From: Planctomycetota bacterium
GTDB taxonomy: Bacteria > Planctomycetota > PLA2 > JAEUHO01
Reading direction: 5' to 3'
Assembly (NCBI GenBank): GCA_050248855.1
Contig: JBFWRP010000010.1
Location: 1 to 64,000, forward strand
DNA: 64,000 nt
Translations under genes and position numbers: made by a program
Shown here: positions 36,708 to 46,049 of the stretch, piece after piece
How positions within the stretch are numbered: the stretch's first letter is position 1
How the letters are laid out: each line of letters opens with the position of its first letter
Notes under the pieces: model-generated
What the model was told of the DNA's origin: nothing
The model's input: only the letters and a program-made list of their open reading frames with translations
Database searches by the model: none

Positions 36708-39700
36708 CTAGCGATTCCCCAACGGCGTCGAGTAGAGGACGCGCGTGCGGTAGCTGACGGTGGACTCCAGGGACTGGAACCACGGCGTCCGCTTCCACCA
36801 CGCCGGCAGGACGCGATCGTCGTCCTGCATGCGCTGGCCGCTCTCGCGCTCGTCGTTGCCGTACCAAGCGCCCAGCTTGTAGGCGAAGTAGACGCGGAAC
36901 TCGGCCACCGGCGCCTCCAGGCCCAGCGCGTTGCCGACGCGGTTCTGGGCGTAGTGGAAATCGCCGGGGTCATCGAACAGGAAGAGGCTGGACTTGGCCG
37001 CCTCGCCCGGGTCGACCTGATCGCGGCTGAACGGGTCATCGCTGCGCAGATCCAGGATCTGCTTCGTGTCCCAGGCCACGTTCGGGTTGAAGCGCGCCAT
37101 TACCACGATGTCGAGCAGCTCCAGGGCCTCGCCCTCGGAGCGTCGCTCGCTGGTCTCGCTGACAGGTGCACCGGTCAGGTTCTCCTTCCACGTGAACCCA
37201 TGCCACCAGGCGTCCTGGCGAGCCGTTCCCAGCTCGAGGTAGGAGCTCTCGGGATGCACGAAGACCCCCTCGAAGCCCTTCTCCTCGACGGTGCGCGGGG
37301 TGTAGCGATCCCAGTAGCGGAACGGCTGGAAGACCACGATGGCTTGGCTGTCGTGCTGCGTCGCGGTGGTCCCGAAGCGCCCGCGGAACAAGCCGCGACC
37401 CCGATCCGCCTCGTCGACGTCAAGCGACTCGGGCATGAGGAGCGACTCCTCGGTCCGGCGCGTGTAGTGCACGAGCTCGCCGTCCTCACCCGACAGGATG
37501 CGCACGAGACCCTCGCGCGGCCACGTCTTGAGGTTGGCGATGGTGATCGTGCTGGACTCGATCTCCAGACCGCCCTCGAGGTAGGAGACGAAGACATCGG
37601 GTAGGAACCAGGCGCCACTGCCCACAGCGTGCGGCGCGGCGCGCGAACCGAGCTGCCCGCGTGCGCAGTCCTCGAGGACGATCCCGTCGTCCTCCTCCGA
37701 GATCCCGCGGTAGATGATGATCTCGCCGTCCAGGATCACGGCGCCGCAGGGCGAAGACGCACCGTCGATCTCGCTGCGCGAGAGGTAGGTGCTCACGGTC
37801 GGCTTGAGCAGGATCGACCGCGCATCGGCGGCCACCCCGTCTTCGTTGACGAGCACCAGCTTCTCCTGGAGCGGATGCCGCCACAGGTGGACCTCGTCCA
37901 GGAAGGCGGTCACGACGCCGCTGTTGGAGATCGAGCTTCGGGCGAACTCGATGGTGTCCGGCAGCATCTCGGGCATCTCGCCGCAGGGGAACTTGAGCAT
38001 GCGGGCATAGCCCCGGGTGTCGCTGCGGCGCACGTTGGCGCCCGTCTCCGAAGCGCGCACCACGCGATCCGTGAAGTCCTCCAGCGCGCACCACCCGCTG
38101 TACTCGTGGCCCCACCGCACGGCAGCCTCGAAGCGGTTCTCACCGCCCTCCGTGCCGTCGTGGAACGTGACGCGGTCGAACGCACCCGCGCGCCCGTACG
38201 GCGCCAGCTGAACGCCCTCGAACACGCGGAAGCACGGCAGGAAGCGATCGTTGCGATCGCCCGTCGACCCGCTGTGGTCGCGGTCGAAGGTGTTGAGCAC
38301 GCCGCGGAACGCCGCCAGCTGGCGCGCGGTCTCCGGACCGGTCGGCATGGTCCACGGCACGTCGCTGGTGTCCGCCGTGTCCACGGGGGGATCCTCTTCC
38401 TCCCAGGCGCCTGGCGCTTCGTCGGTCGGCGGGACCGGGTCCACGTCGTCCGCAGCACCCTCGTCGTCTCCAGCCCCGGAGCTGTCGATCGGCGGCTCGT
38501 CGGGATCGGGGGGCGTGGTCGTGGTGCCACCGCCGTCCTCGCGGGCCGACTCGCTGCCCGTCTCCAGGCCGCCGCGCTCGTCCCCGGCCTCGCCTTCGGT
38601 GTCGTCGGCGGGCTCGGTGTCGTCCGAGCCGTCTCCGACACCCGGCTCGGTCGGCAGCCCGCTCGAGCCACCGTCCGGCGTGTCGCCTTCGCCCGAGCCG
38701 GGAGCTTCGTCGCTCGGCTCGCGCTGCCCCGGCGGGATCCCACCCGGCGGAACGGGGCCCGTCCCGTCGTTCGGGTCCGGGTCCGGTTGCGGATCGGGAC
38801 CGGGATCCGGCGTCGGGTCGCCCCCGGAGCCGCTTCCCGGGATCGTGTACGTCTGGCCGAAGAAGTGGCCCGTGAGGTTTCCGATCTGGCGATCGCGCAC
38901 GAAGTACACGCCTTGGCTCGCGCGCTCGCGGTCGATCGAGTTGTAGGCGATCACCTCGTGCTGACCGTCCGGCGTGTCGGTGCCCAGCAGCACGAACGCG
39001 TTGTGCTCCTCGCCTTCGTAGTAGCGGCCGAGGATGTCGCGGTCGGGTGTGTTCTCGGGGTTGAGGTAGTCCTCCCCCGCCGTTCCGCCCCCCCCGGCGG
39101 CGTGCACCGAGATCGGCACGAGGAAGCAGGGGTAGTCCATGTTGTAGGTGTCGACGCGCGTGATCAGGAAGTAGGGCTCGGCCGCCCCCTGCCAGGCGGT
39201 CTGCTGGTAGCGCGTGACGCTGAAGCTGGAGGACTGCCGGGTGTAGTGCACCACCTCCCAGCCGCCGAGCTTGGGCGCGCCCGCCGCGGGCGCACCCGTG
39301 CCACCCCCTCCCGTCCCGTTGCCGCCGCCGCCGGGGAGCCAGCAGCCGAGCAACGCCAGACCCTCGTCCTGGAACGCGCCCAGCGCGGTGTCCAGGTCCT
39401 GGTCCCACATGGGGACGGCCGTCAGGGTGGGCTGCGAGTTCTCCGGGTTGTAGCCCGTCAGCGTCACGGGAGTTCCGTCGCTCGTCGTGAACGAGGCGGT
39501 GTCCTCGCCACCCACGATGCGCACGGCCGACCACTTCTTGAGCTCGGTCGAGAGCGTGCGCCCGCCGCGCAACAGGTCGACGGTGAGCGGAAGCGCGTAG
39601 CCCATGAGCTCGACGGGGGTCCCCGCCGGGTGGCTGCGGGGCTGCGTGCCACGCGTCCCGCGACGGCATGTCCTGAGCGCGTCCACGCCGAGGTCGTCGT

Positions 39701-42218
39701 ACTCGATGAGCTCGGTGCCGATGCGGATGCAACCGCGAACGGGGAACTGCTCGAGCAGCTCGACCGCGACATCCGTGGTGTCCTCCGCCAAGTCCGCGGT
39801 GAGGTACGTCATGGCGCGCCGGATGCCCAGGTCCACGCCGTCCACGAGCAGGCGCATCGTGGAGGGATCCTCGCCGCGGCAGCAGACCTCGATGTGGTAC
39901 CAGTCGCCCGGCTGGTAGCCCAGGCGATCGAGCGGCACGTAGATCTCGGCGCCGCGCGGCTCGAGCGTGCTGCCGCATACCCGGAAGACGAGCTCTTGCC
40001 CCTGCTGGCCATCCGTGACGAAGAGCGCCACGCGGTTCTCGAAGCGCTCCATCCCGACGTCGAAGGCCGTCCAGTTGGCGCCGCTGTACGGACGCCACCA
40101 GAACGAGAGCGTGAACGGCTGCGGGCGGCTGTCGCCCGAACGGCGGATGGCGCCGACGGTCTTGGTGTCCCAGCTGCCTTGGTAGCCGGTGAACCAGCCC
40201 TCCGTGTACCACGCGTCGTCGAAGTGCTCGACGACCTGGGCGCCGGGCAGCTGCATGCGGAAGGGCTCGAGGCGCATGTCGCCGAGCTCCTCCCCGCGAC
40301 GGTCGTCGGGATAGACCTCGCGCATCCAGCCCTGCGGCCCGCGCAGGCCGGGCTGCACGAACGCCGTGTTGCGGTCGCGCCAGACCACGTTGTAGGGGAA
40401 CGACGTGACCCACTTGGCGCCCGAGCCCATGGCCAGGCGTTCCTCGAACTCGGTCTGCGAGTCGACGGACCATGTCGCCGGCCCGCCAGGGCCGACCTGG
40501 ATGACCTCGCGACGACCGGCCTCGGCCACCTGCTGCCCCGAACGGTCGTTGACCGTGACGCGGGTCTCGACGTGGTACACGTCCAGCGTGCGGAAGCACC
40601 AGGGCGCCGTGCCCAGGCCCAGCGACGCACTGTGCGGGTTGATCGCGTTCAGGTAGAGCGCGGCCCGCTGGTCGCGCGTGAGCTCATCGCGCTCGACGAG
40701 CTCGCCGATCCAACGACCGAAGTCCTCGGCGTGCCGGAACGGGCCGCCCATGCGGTTGCCGGTCTCGGGGTCCAGACGCACGTCGCCGCGGCGTTCCGCG
40801 ACGATCTGCTCGGCAAGGCGCAGCGCGATCTCGGGGGTGATGATCTTGTCGGGCTCCTTGGCCCCACGCAGATGGACGTTGGCCATCACGGCGAACAGCA
40901 CCTCGCGGGACGCCGTGTTGATGTTGATGGGATGTGGCGCCCACGCGGACAAGGTGGTGCGGCCGCCCTCGAAGGCGATCTCCTCGTCGGCGGCGTTGAC
41001 GCGCCCCGCGAGCATCACCTGGTTCTCCTCCTGGCGGCCTTCCTCGTCGCCCACGAGGGCCACGGTCTGGTAGGCCGTGCGCACACCGTCCGAGATGCGG
41101 ACGATGACGCCGGGCGCGAGGTAGCGCGTGGTGCCCGTGGGGTTGGCGCGGTCGCGCAGCTGGACCACCTCCGGCCCCTCGGCACCGCCCTCGTCGGGCA
41201 ACGCGTTCACGACGAGCTGCGAAGCCAGCCAGCCGCTGCTGGACTCGCGTCGCGCCCACACCGTCAAGTAGGGCAGCAGGCGCTCGAGGCGGTCCGCCAT
41301 GAGCACGCCGCCCTCGCCCCAGGAGGCGATGTCGCGCAGCTCCTCGAGCGTCCGGAACGACGTCAGTCGACCGGGGTGCCGGGCAATCACGTGGGTGGCC
41401 AGCTTGTAGGCCACGTAGTCCACGACCGGCGTGCCCTGGTCATGCGTGGTCGCCTCGCGGTTGTCCTTGAGCGGGGTCTGCCGGAGCGCGCCGCGCTCGC
41501 AGCCGCGGAAGACCGTGCCGTCGAACGACGTGTAGCGAATGACCTCGCCGCCGACCCGGATGAAGCCTCCGCGCGGGTCGAACCCGCCCGGCAGCCCCGC
41601 ATGACCCGAGGCGACATGTTCGACCGCGATGTCGGTGGCGCCTGCGTCCAGCTCCTCTGCCAAGAGCGCACCGCCGAACAGGTTGCCCAGCAGGAACGGG
41701 CTGGCCCCCTCGACGTGGATGCGCGCTTGCGCGTCCTGGACCTCGGCGGTCCAGATGCTGCCGCGATCGTCGGTGATCGGGTCCAAGCCGCGCGCCTTGA
41801 GCCCCGCCGCACGCATGGCGAGCTCGCGATCGCCGAGCCAGCCCTTGAGCACCATGTCCGCGACCTTGGCGCGGAAGCGCTCGTCCGGCGTGATCTCCTC
41901 CAACGAGTCGACCGTCGGATCCGCGTCGATCGAGGTCTCGCCGGCATCCTGGCGCGCCTGCTCTTCGGAGGGCAGGGTGCGCTGCAGCCAGAGCGCCATG
42001 TGCTCGGCCAGCAAACGCGACTCGTCGTCGGCGCGCTGCTGGGCGCCGAGCGCCTGCGTGCGCTCCTCGCCTTGCCGCATCGAGACGGCGAAGGGCAGCG
42101 CGACGAGCACCATGGTCACGAGGATCGTGACCACCAGCAGCAACGCGATGCCGCGCTCGGCAGAGCCGTGCCGCGGGCGCACCGAGTCGTGTCGCGGGTG
42201 CATCGTGGCGTGGACCAT
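36708..42218 (-). CDS. Giant (~1836 aa) GspK/PilX-like pseudopilin with repeated beta modules and a LamG-like domain
   Basis: GGAGG RBS before ATG 42218; RG/IALLLVVTILVTMVLVAL prepilin-like N-terminus lacking Glu5; DAQARIHV and PININTASREVL GspK-like motifs; FTLSFWWRP...GDWYHIEV...LLVDG LamG-like region. Confidence 0.7.
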   Translation of the reverse strand: MVHATMHPRHDSVRPRHGSAERGIALLLVVTILVTMVLVALPFAVSMRQGEERTQALGAQQRADDESRLLAEHMALWLQRTLPSEEQARQDAGETSIDADPTVDSLEEITPDERFRAKVADMVLKGWLGDRELAMRAAGLKARGLDPITDDRGSIWTAEVQDAQARIHVEGASPFLLGNLFGGALLAEELDAGATDIAVEHVASGHAGLPGGFDPRGGFIRVGGEVIRYTSFDGTVFRGCERGALRQTPLKDNREATTHDQGTPVVDYVAYKLATHVIARHPGRLTSFRTLEELRDIASWGEGGVLMADRLERLLPYLTVWARRESSSGWLASQLVVNALPDEGGAEGPEVVQLRDRANPTGTTRYLAPGVIVRISDGVRTAYQTVALVGDEEGRQEENQVMLAGRVNAADEEIAFEGGRTTLSAWAPHPININTASREVLFAVMANVHLRGAKEPDKIITPEIALRLAEQIVAERRGDVRLDPETGNRMGGPFRHAEDFGRWIGELVERDELTRDQRAALYLNAINPHSASLGLGTAPWCFRTLDVYHVETRVTVNDRSGQQVAEAGRREVIQVGPGGPATWSVDSQTEFEERLAMGSGAKWVTSFPYNVVWRDRNTAFVQPGLRGPQGWMREVYPDDRRGEELGDMRLEPFRMQLPGAQVVEHFDDAWYTEGWFTGYQGSWDTKTVGAIRRSGDSRPQPFTLSFWWRPYSGANWTAFDVGMERFENRVALFVTDGQQGQELVFRVCGSTLEPRGAEIYVPLDRLGYQPGDWYHIEVCCRGEDPSTMRLLVDGVDLGIRRAMTYLTADLAEDTTDVAVELLEQFPVRGCIRIGTELIEYDDLGVDALRTCRRGTRGTQPRSHPAGTPVELMGYALPLTVDLLRGGRTLSTELKKWSAVRIVGGEDTASFTTSDGTPVTLTGYNPENSQPTLTAVPMWDQDLDTALGAFQDEGLALLGCWLPGGGGNGTGGGGTGAPAAGAPKLGGWEVVHYTRQSSSFSVTRYQQTAWQGAAEPYFLITRVDTYNMDYPCFLVPISVHAAGGGGTAGEDYLNPENTPDRDILGRYYEGEEHNAFVLLGTDTPDGQHEVIAYNSIDRERASQGVYFVRDRQIGNLTGHFFGQTYTIPGSGSGGDPTPDPGPDPQPDPDPNDGTGPVPPGGIPPGQREPSDEAPGSGEGDTPDGGSSGLPTEPGVGDGSDDTEPADDTEGEAGDERGGLETGSESAREDGGGTTTTPPDPDEPPIDSSGAGDDEGAADDVDPVPPTDEAPGAWEEEDPPVDTADTSDVPWTMPTGPETARQLAAFRGVLNTFDRDHSGSTGDRNDRFLPCFRVFEGVQLAPYGRAGAFDRVTFHDGTEGGENRFEAAVRWGHEYSGWCALEDFTDRVVRASETGANVRRSDTRGYARMLKFPCGEMPEMLPDTIEFARSSISNSGVVTAFLDEVHLWRHPLQEKLVLVNEDGVAADARSILLKPTVSTYLSRSEIDGASSPCGAVILDGEIIIYRGISEEDDGIVLEDCARGQLGSRAAPHAVGSGAWFLPDVFVSYLEGGLEIESSTITIANLKTWPREGLVRILSGEDGELVHYTRRTEESLLMPESLDVDEADRGRGLFRGRFGTTATQHDSQAIVVFQPFRYWDRYTPRTVEEKGFEGVFVHPESSYLELGTARQDAWWHGFTWKENLTGAPVSETSERRSEGEALELLDIVVMARFNPNVAWDTKQILDLRSDDPFSRDQVDPGEAAKSSLFLFDDPGDFHYAQNRVGNALGLEAPVAEFRVYFAYKLGAWYGNDERESGQRMQDDDRVLPAWWKRTPWFQSLESTVSYRTRVLYSTPLGNR

Positions 42219-42352
42219 GGTCAACCTCCCGGCGTCGCGGCGGCAGCCCTCCACGACGTGGTTTCCGTCCCGCCCCATCATGCTCGCAAGCGGCATCGAC
42301 CTGGCCGGCGGGGCGTAGCGTGACATCGTGCTCGGGATCGGGGCGGTGCACG

Positions 42353-44026
42353 TCATCGGAGCAGCTCCCCGATCTCACCGGGGCCCGCGCCCATGGGCGG
42401 CCGCCGGACCACGAGGGCGTGGACGTCGGCGAACCGCTCGCCGGCGGGCACGTCCAGCTGGATCTCCAGGGGCCGCCCCTCGAGGCGCTCGAACCAGCCG
42501 CCGGGCAGCGTCAGCTCCAGCGGAGCCAAGCCCGGCTCGAGCGCGGTCGCGGTGGCGTCCGACATGCGGGCCTCGACCGTGAGATCGAGCTGGGGCAGGC
42601 GCCACGTGGTGCCCAAGGGCCCGTCCACGTCGAGTCGCAGCACGTCGGCACAGGCCAGCGCGTCGGGAACGCGCCAATGCCAGCGCGTGACGGAGCCCGC
42701 GGGGACCCGCGTGGTTGCACCCTGGGCCAGCGCCGCGCCCGAGACGAAGCGCAGGGCGCGAGCCGGCACGCGGCGTTCGAGCGGCATCGGCGGGACGTCG
42801 CCTCCGAAGAACCGCAGCTCGCGGAAGAGCGATGCCTCGGCCTCGCCGAACGGGTGAACGCCCTCGGCGGCCAGCAGCGTGCGCTCGCCTGCGGGCAGCT
42901 CCACGGGAGCGCCGGCGCCAGCCGGCCACCAAAGCCCCCGGCTGCCCTCGGCCAACGCCACGACCGGATGTCCGGCGGCGATCTCCGCCGTGCCCTCGGT
43001 GCCGCCGGGACGCACGCCTGCGTCCAGCTCCACGTGCGCCGCGCCGGCAAGCAGGACGAAGAGACCTCCCTGGTCATCGAGGCGCACCGGCAACGCGCGT
43101 GCACCCGCCGTCATGCGCACCGCGCCTCGCGATGCGGCCAGCACGGCGCGGCCGCCCCCGAGCAGCTCGACGCCGTCGCCCAGGGAACGCACGTCCATGC
43201 CCTCGGGCCACGGTGCGATGGCCAGCGGCGCGCGCTCGTCCACGACGACGAGCGCGTCGCCCGCAAAGCCGACGCCCATCCACTCTTCACGCCCCGCCTC
43301 GAGCTCGCTGCCGACGGCGAGGAAGTGCACGGGCTCGCCACGCGGCATGCGCCGCACGCTCGACGCCCAGTCCATACGACGGACGAACGTCGGCGACAGG
43401 CCGGGCCGGGCCTCGGCACGGCGCAGCGACCACGGCGACCAGAGGAACAGGCCGGCCAGCACGGCCGCGGCCGCGGCGAACGCACGCCAGCCGCCGCGAC
43501 CTCTACGGCGCGACGGCGCAGGCCCGGTCGAAGCCACGACACGCAGCGCAACGCCACGCGGTGCAACGTCGCTCGGTGCAACGCTGCCGTCCGCTCGCGA
43601 TGGCGACACGGCGGCAGAGGGCGCGGCGGGGATGGCCGCCCCGGGGGCTTGTGCGCCGAGGGCGACAAGCACGTCCCGCAGACGAGCAGGGAGCCCGGCT
43701 TGTCCGGCGCCGGCCTGCGCGTCCACGTCGGCTTCGGCACCCGCGAGATCCACGGCCAGCTCGCGGACGGTCGACGCGGTCACGCCGCCGACGCCACCGG
43801 GCAGACCGCTCGCGTCGCCCGCGGCGAGGGCGGCGCGCACCTCGTCGACGACGCGCGCATCCACCGCGTCGGGGGCGACACCTGCGTCGGCGTCGGCTTC
43901 GGCCTCGGCCTCGGCTTCGACGGACAGGGCGGCCAGGGCGGCCAGGAGCGCGGCCAGGCTCGGGGCGGCGACGTCCTCGGGCAGGAGGCCGTCAGCGCGG
44001 GCAGGGGGGAAGGGTTCGTCAGGCAT
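42353..44026 (-). CDS. Single-pass membrane protein, putative FecR-like anti-sigma factor (start uncertain)
   Basis: Ala-rich N-terminal region, TM AFAAAAAVLAGLFLW, then a FecR-like beta region (LAVGSELEAG...LVVVDERAPL...ELLGGGRAVL); near ECF sigma genes. Confidence 0.5.
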   Translation of the reverse strand: MPDEPFPPARADGLLPEDVAAPSLAALLAALAALSVEAEAEAEADADAGVAPDAVDARVVDEVRAALAAGDASGLPGGVGGVTASTVRELAVDLAGAEADVDAQAGAGQAGLPARLRDVLVALGAQAPGAAIPAAPSAAVSPSRADGSVAPSDVAPRGVALRVVASTGPAPSRRRGRGGWRAFAAAAAVLAGLFLWSPWSLRRAEARPGLSPTFVRRMDWASSVRRMPRGEPVHFLAVGSELEAGREEWMGVGFAGDALVVVDERAPLAIAPWPEGMDVRSLGDGVELLGGGRAVLAASRGAVRMTAGARALPVRLDDQGGLFVLLAGAAHVELDAGVRPGGTEGTAEIAAGHPVVALAEGSRGLWWPAGAGAPVELPAGERTLLAAEGVHPFGEAEASLFRELRFFGGDVPPMPLERRVPARALRFVSGAALAQGATTRVPAGSVTRWHWRVPDALACADVLRLDVDGPLGTTWRLPQLDLTVEARMSDATATALEPGLAPLELTLPGGWFERLEGRPLEIQLDVPAGERFADVHALVVRRPPMGAGPGEIGELLR

Positions 44027-44225
44027 GGCTCGTGGCGTTCGGGACGACCCGGCCGGATCCCGGTCAGGGGCGCGGGCACCTGCCAGGGGTCTTGGCAGGC
44101 GAGCTGGCACCGGCCTGCGTGGCCGGGCTCCCGTCCATCTCTTGGTAGCCGCCGACCACGGCGACCGGACACCCCGGGTGCGGCCTGGGCCCCGGAAACC
44201 GGGACCTGGCGGGCTGCGCTCGCCC

Positions 44226-45287
44226 CTACCGAGGGGAGAGGACCACCTCGCGCTCGAGGACCTCGCCGTGCCGGACGATGCGCACGGCGACGCGCTGGCC
44301 CGGCCGGTACGCCAGCAGGGCATCCCCAAGGCTCAGGGGCTCGGGAAGGGGGCGCCCGCCGAGACCGACGAGCAGGTCGTGGATCTCGAGCCCCGCCTTG
44401 GCAGCGGCTCCCGTCGGGTCCAGACGGAGCACCAGATGGCCGCCCGGGACGCCGAGGTGCGCTCGGAGCGCCGAGTCGGCTGGACGCGTCCACACGCCCA
44501 GGACACCCCGCGGAACCGCGCCGTGGCGGGCGAGCAGCGAGGCCACGAGCCGGGCCCGTCCCATCGGGACCCCCAGGGCGGGGCCGGGGCGAGGCCGCTC
44601 GGGCTCGCTGCCGGGGCTGGCGGCAACGGCGACGGTCAGGGCCACGACGTGTCCGTCGGCATCCACCCAAGGGGCCCCCACGTCCTCGGGCAAGGCGGCC
44701 AGGGCCGCCTCCAGGAGGCCCGTGGACGGCGCCGTCCCGAGGCTCGGCACCTGGACGGCCACGTGGCGCTCGGTCGCACGGACCGCGCCGAGAGCGAGGA
44801 CGCCGTCCGCCCCCACGAGCGCGACGGCCATCCCGCGGGGGTCGGCCCCGTCGTCCGCGCCGACTCCCTCCGGGAAGCGATCGTCGCTCGCCGCGGGCAT
44901 CGACGCCCAGGGCGATCCGAGCACCGTCAGGAAGGTCTCCGGGTCACGGCCCAGGACCGGGACCTCGGCCGAGGGCCCGTCTTCGCGACGCGCGATCCAC
45001 CGGCCGGGCGTCAGTGGCGTCGGGCCGGCCGCCACGATGGGCCCGCTCCCACCGAGGACCAGCCCGACCCGCCGCTCGGCGGCGCTCGGGCGCTCGGTCG
45101 GCACCCAGGTCAAGTGCACGAGGGCGGGCCGCAACGCAGCGGCCGCGGCTCGGAGGGCCTCGTCGTCGGACTTCCCGGAAGCCTGCGGTCCGCGAGGCGC
45201 TGCCGGGGGATCCCCCGCGCGCACCACGCCTGGCGCGAAGAGCATCGCGCCCAGCGCCATGAGCAGCGCGGAGCCGGCCGGCCGCAC
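44226..45287 (-). CDS. HtrA/DegS-like protein (trypsin fold plus PDZ) lacking the catalytic triad
   Basis: Signal peptide, PALVHL, GLVL, GRDPETFLTVL, GAPWVDADGHVV, RGVLGV, AAKAGLEIHDLL (PDZ). Confidence 0.75.
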   Translation of the reverse strand: MRPAGSALLMALGAMLFAPGVVRAGDPPAAPRGPQASGKSDDEALRAAAAALRPALVHLTWVPTERPSAAERRVGLVLGGSGPIVAAGPTPLTPGRWIARREDGPSAEVPVLGRDPETFLTVLGSPWASMPAASDDRFPEGVGADDGADPRGMAVALVGADGVLALGAVRATERHVAVQVPSLGTAPSTGLLEAALAALPEDVGAPWVDADGHVVALTVAVAASPGSEPERPRPGPALGVPMGRARLVASLLARHGAVPRGVLGVWTRPADSALRAHLGVPGGHLVLRLDPTGAAAKAGLEIHDLLVGLGGRPLPEPLSLGDALLAYRPGQRVAVRIVRHGEVLEREVVLSPR

Positions 45288-45290
45288 GGT

Positions 45291-46049
45291 TCAGTTCCTC
45301 TCGACGGGCGCCTGCGCGTCGTCCGACGCCCGGGGCACGCCGAAGAACGGGTCCACGGCACGTTCGAAGGCACGCGGCGCGTGGATGCGGAGCGGGAGGA
45401 TGCGCAGCGCGCGACCCGCCCACGGGTCCACCTCCGGTCGCGGGACCTGCGGCCAGCCCACGGTGCGCGCGGCGCCGCCCGCTCCGCCGGCCTCGCTCCA
45501 GCCCCAACGCAGTCCCCCGGGCTCCGGACCGAGGGGCTCCAAGAGCTCCGCCCGCGGGTCGGGACCCGCCGCCAGGCGCGCAGGCGCGCCGCCCTCGGGC
45601 ACACGCGTCCACGCGAGGCCCACGCCGGCCATGAGGGCCGCGGCCATCGCGGCGCGGCGCCAGCGGGCCAAGCTCGCGGGCGCCTGCAGGAACGCGTCCC
45701 CGAGCACGGCGCGACGCCACGCTTGGCTGCCCGGCTCCGGCAGGCGTGCCGTCACCTCCGCCACGACGTCGGCCGCACGATCCCGACGCGCCGCAAGCGC
45801 CAAGCGATGCCTCAACGCCCCGACGCGCCGTGCGTCCGCGGCGGAAAGCGGTGCGGCGCCCTCGAGCGCGGCATCGAGGCGTCGCTGCCAAGCGGACGCA
45901 CGCAGACCGCGTGGGTCGGCCGCGGACACGGTGTCCAGGTCGAGGGCACTCTCCAGCTCGACCGCAAGCTCGGCGAGCACGCGCGAGAGCTCGCCGCGAG
46001 GCCCGGCCTCGGGACTCCCGCTACCGGGGTGCGGATGCGGGGCGCTCAC
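45291..46049 (-). CDS. Putative anti-sigma factor (single TM)
   Basis: Overlaps the ECF sigma stop and has one central TM (AAMAAALMAGVGLAW). The position is typical of an anti-sigma; no family motif was recognised. Confidence 0.5.
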   Translation of the reverse strand: MSAPHPHPGSGSPEAGPRGELSRVLAELAVELESALDLDTVSAADPRGLRASAWQRRLDAALEGAAPLSAADARRVGALRHRLALAARRDRAADVVAEVTARLPEPGSQAWRRAVLGDAFLQAPASLARWRRAAMAAALMAGVGLAWTRVPEGGAPARLAAGPDPRAELLEPLGPEPGGLRWGWSEAGGAGGAARTVGWPQVPRPEVDPWAGRALRILPLRIHAPRAFERAVDPFFGVPRASDDAQAPVERN

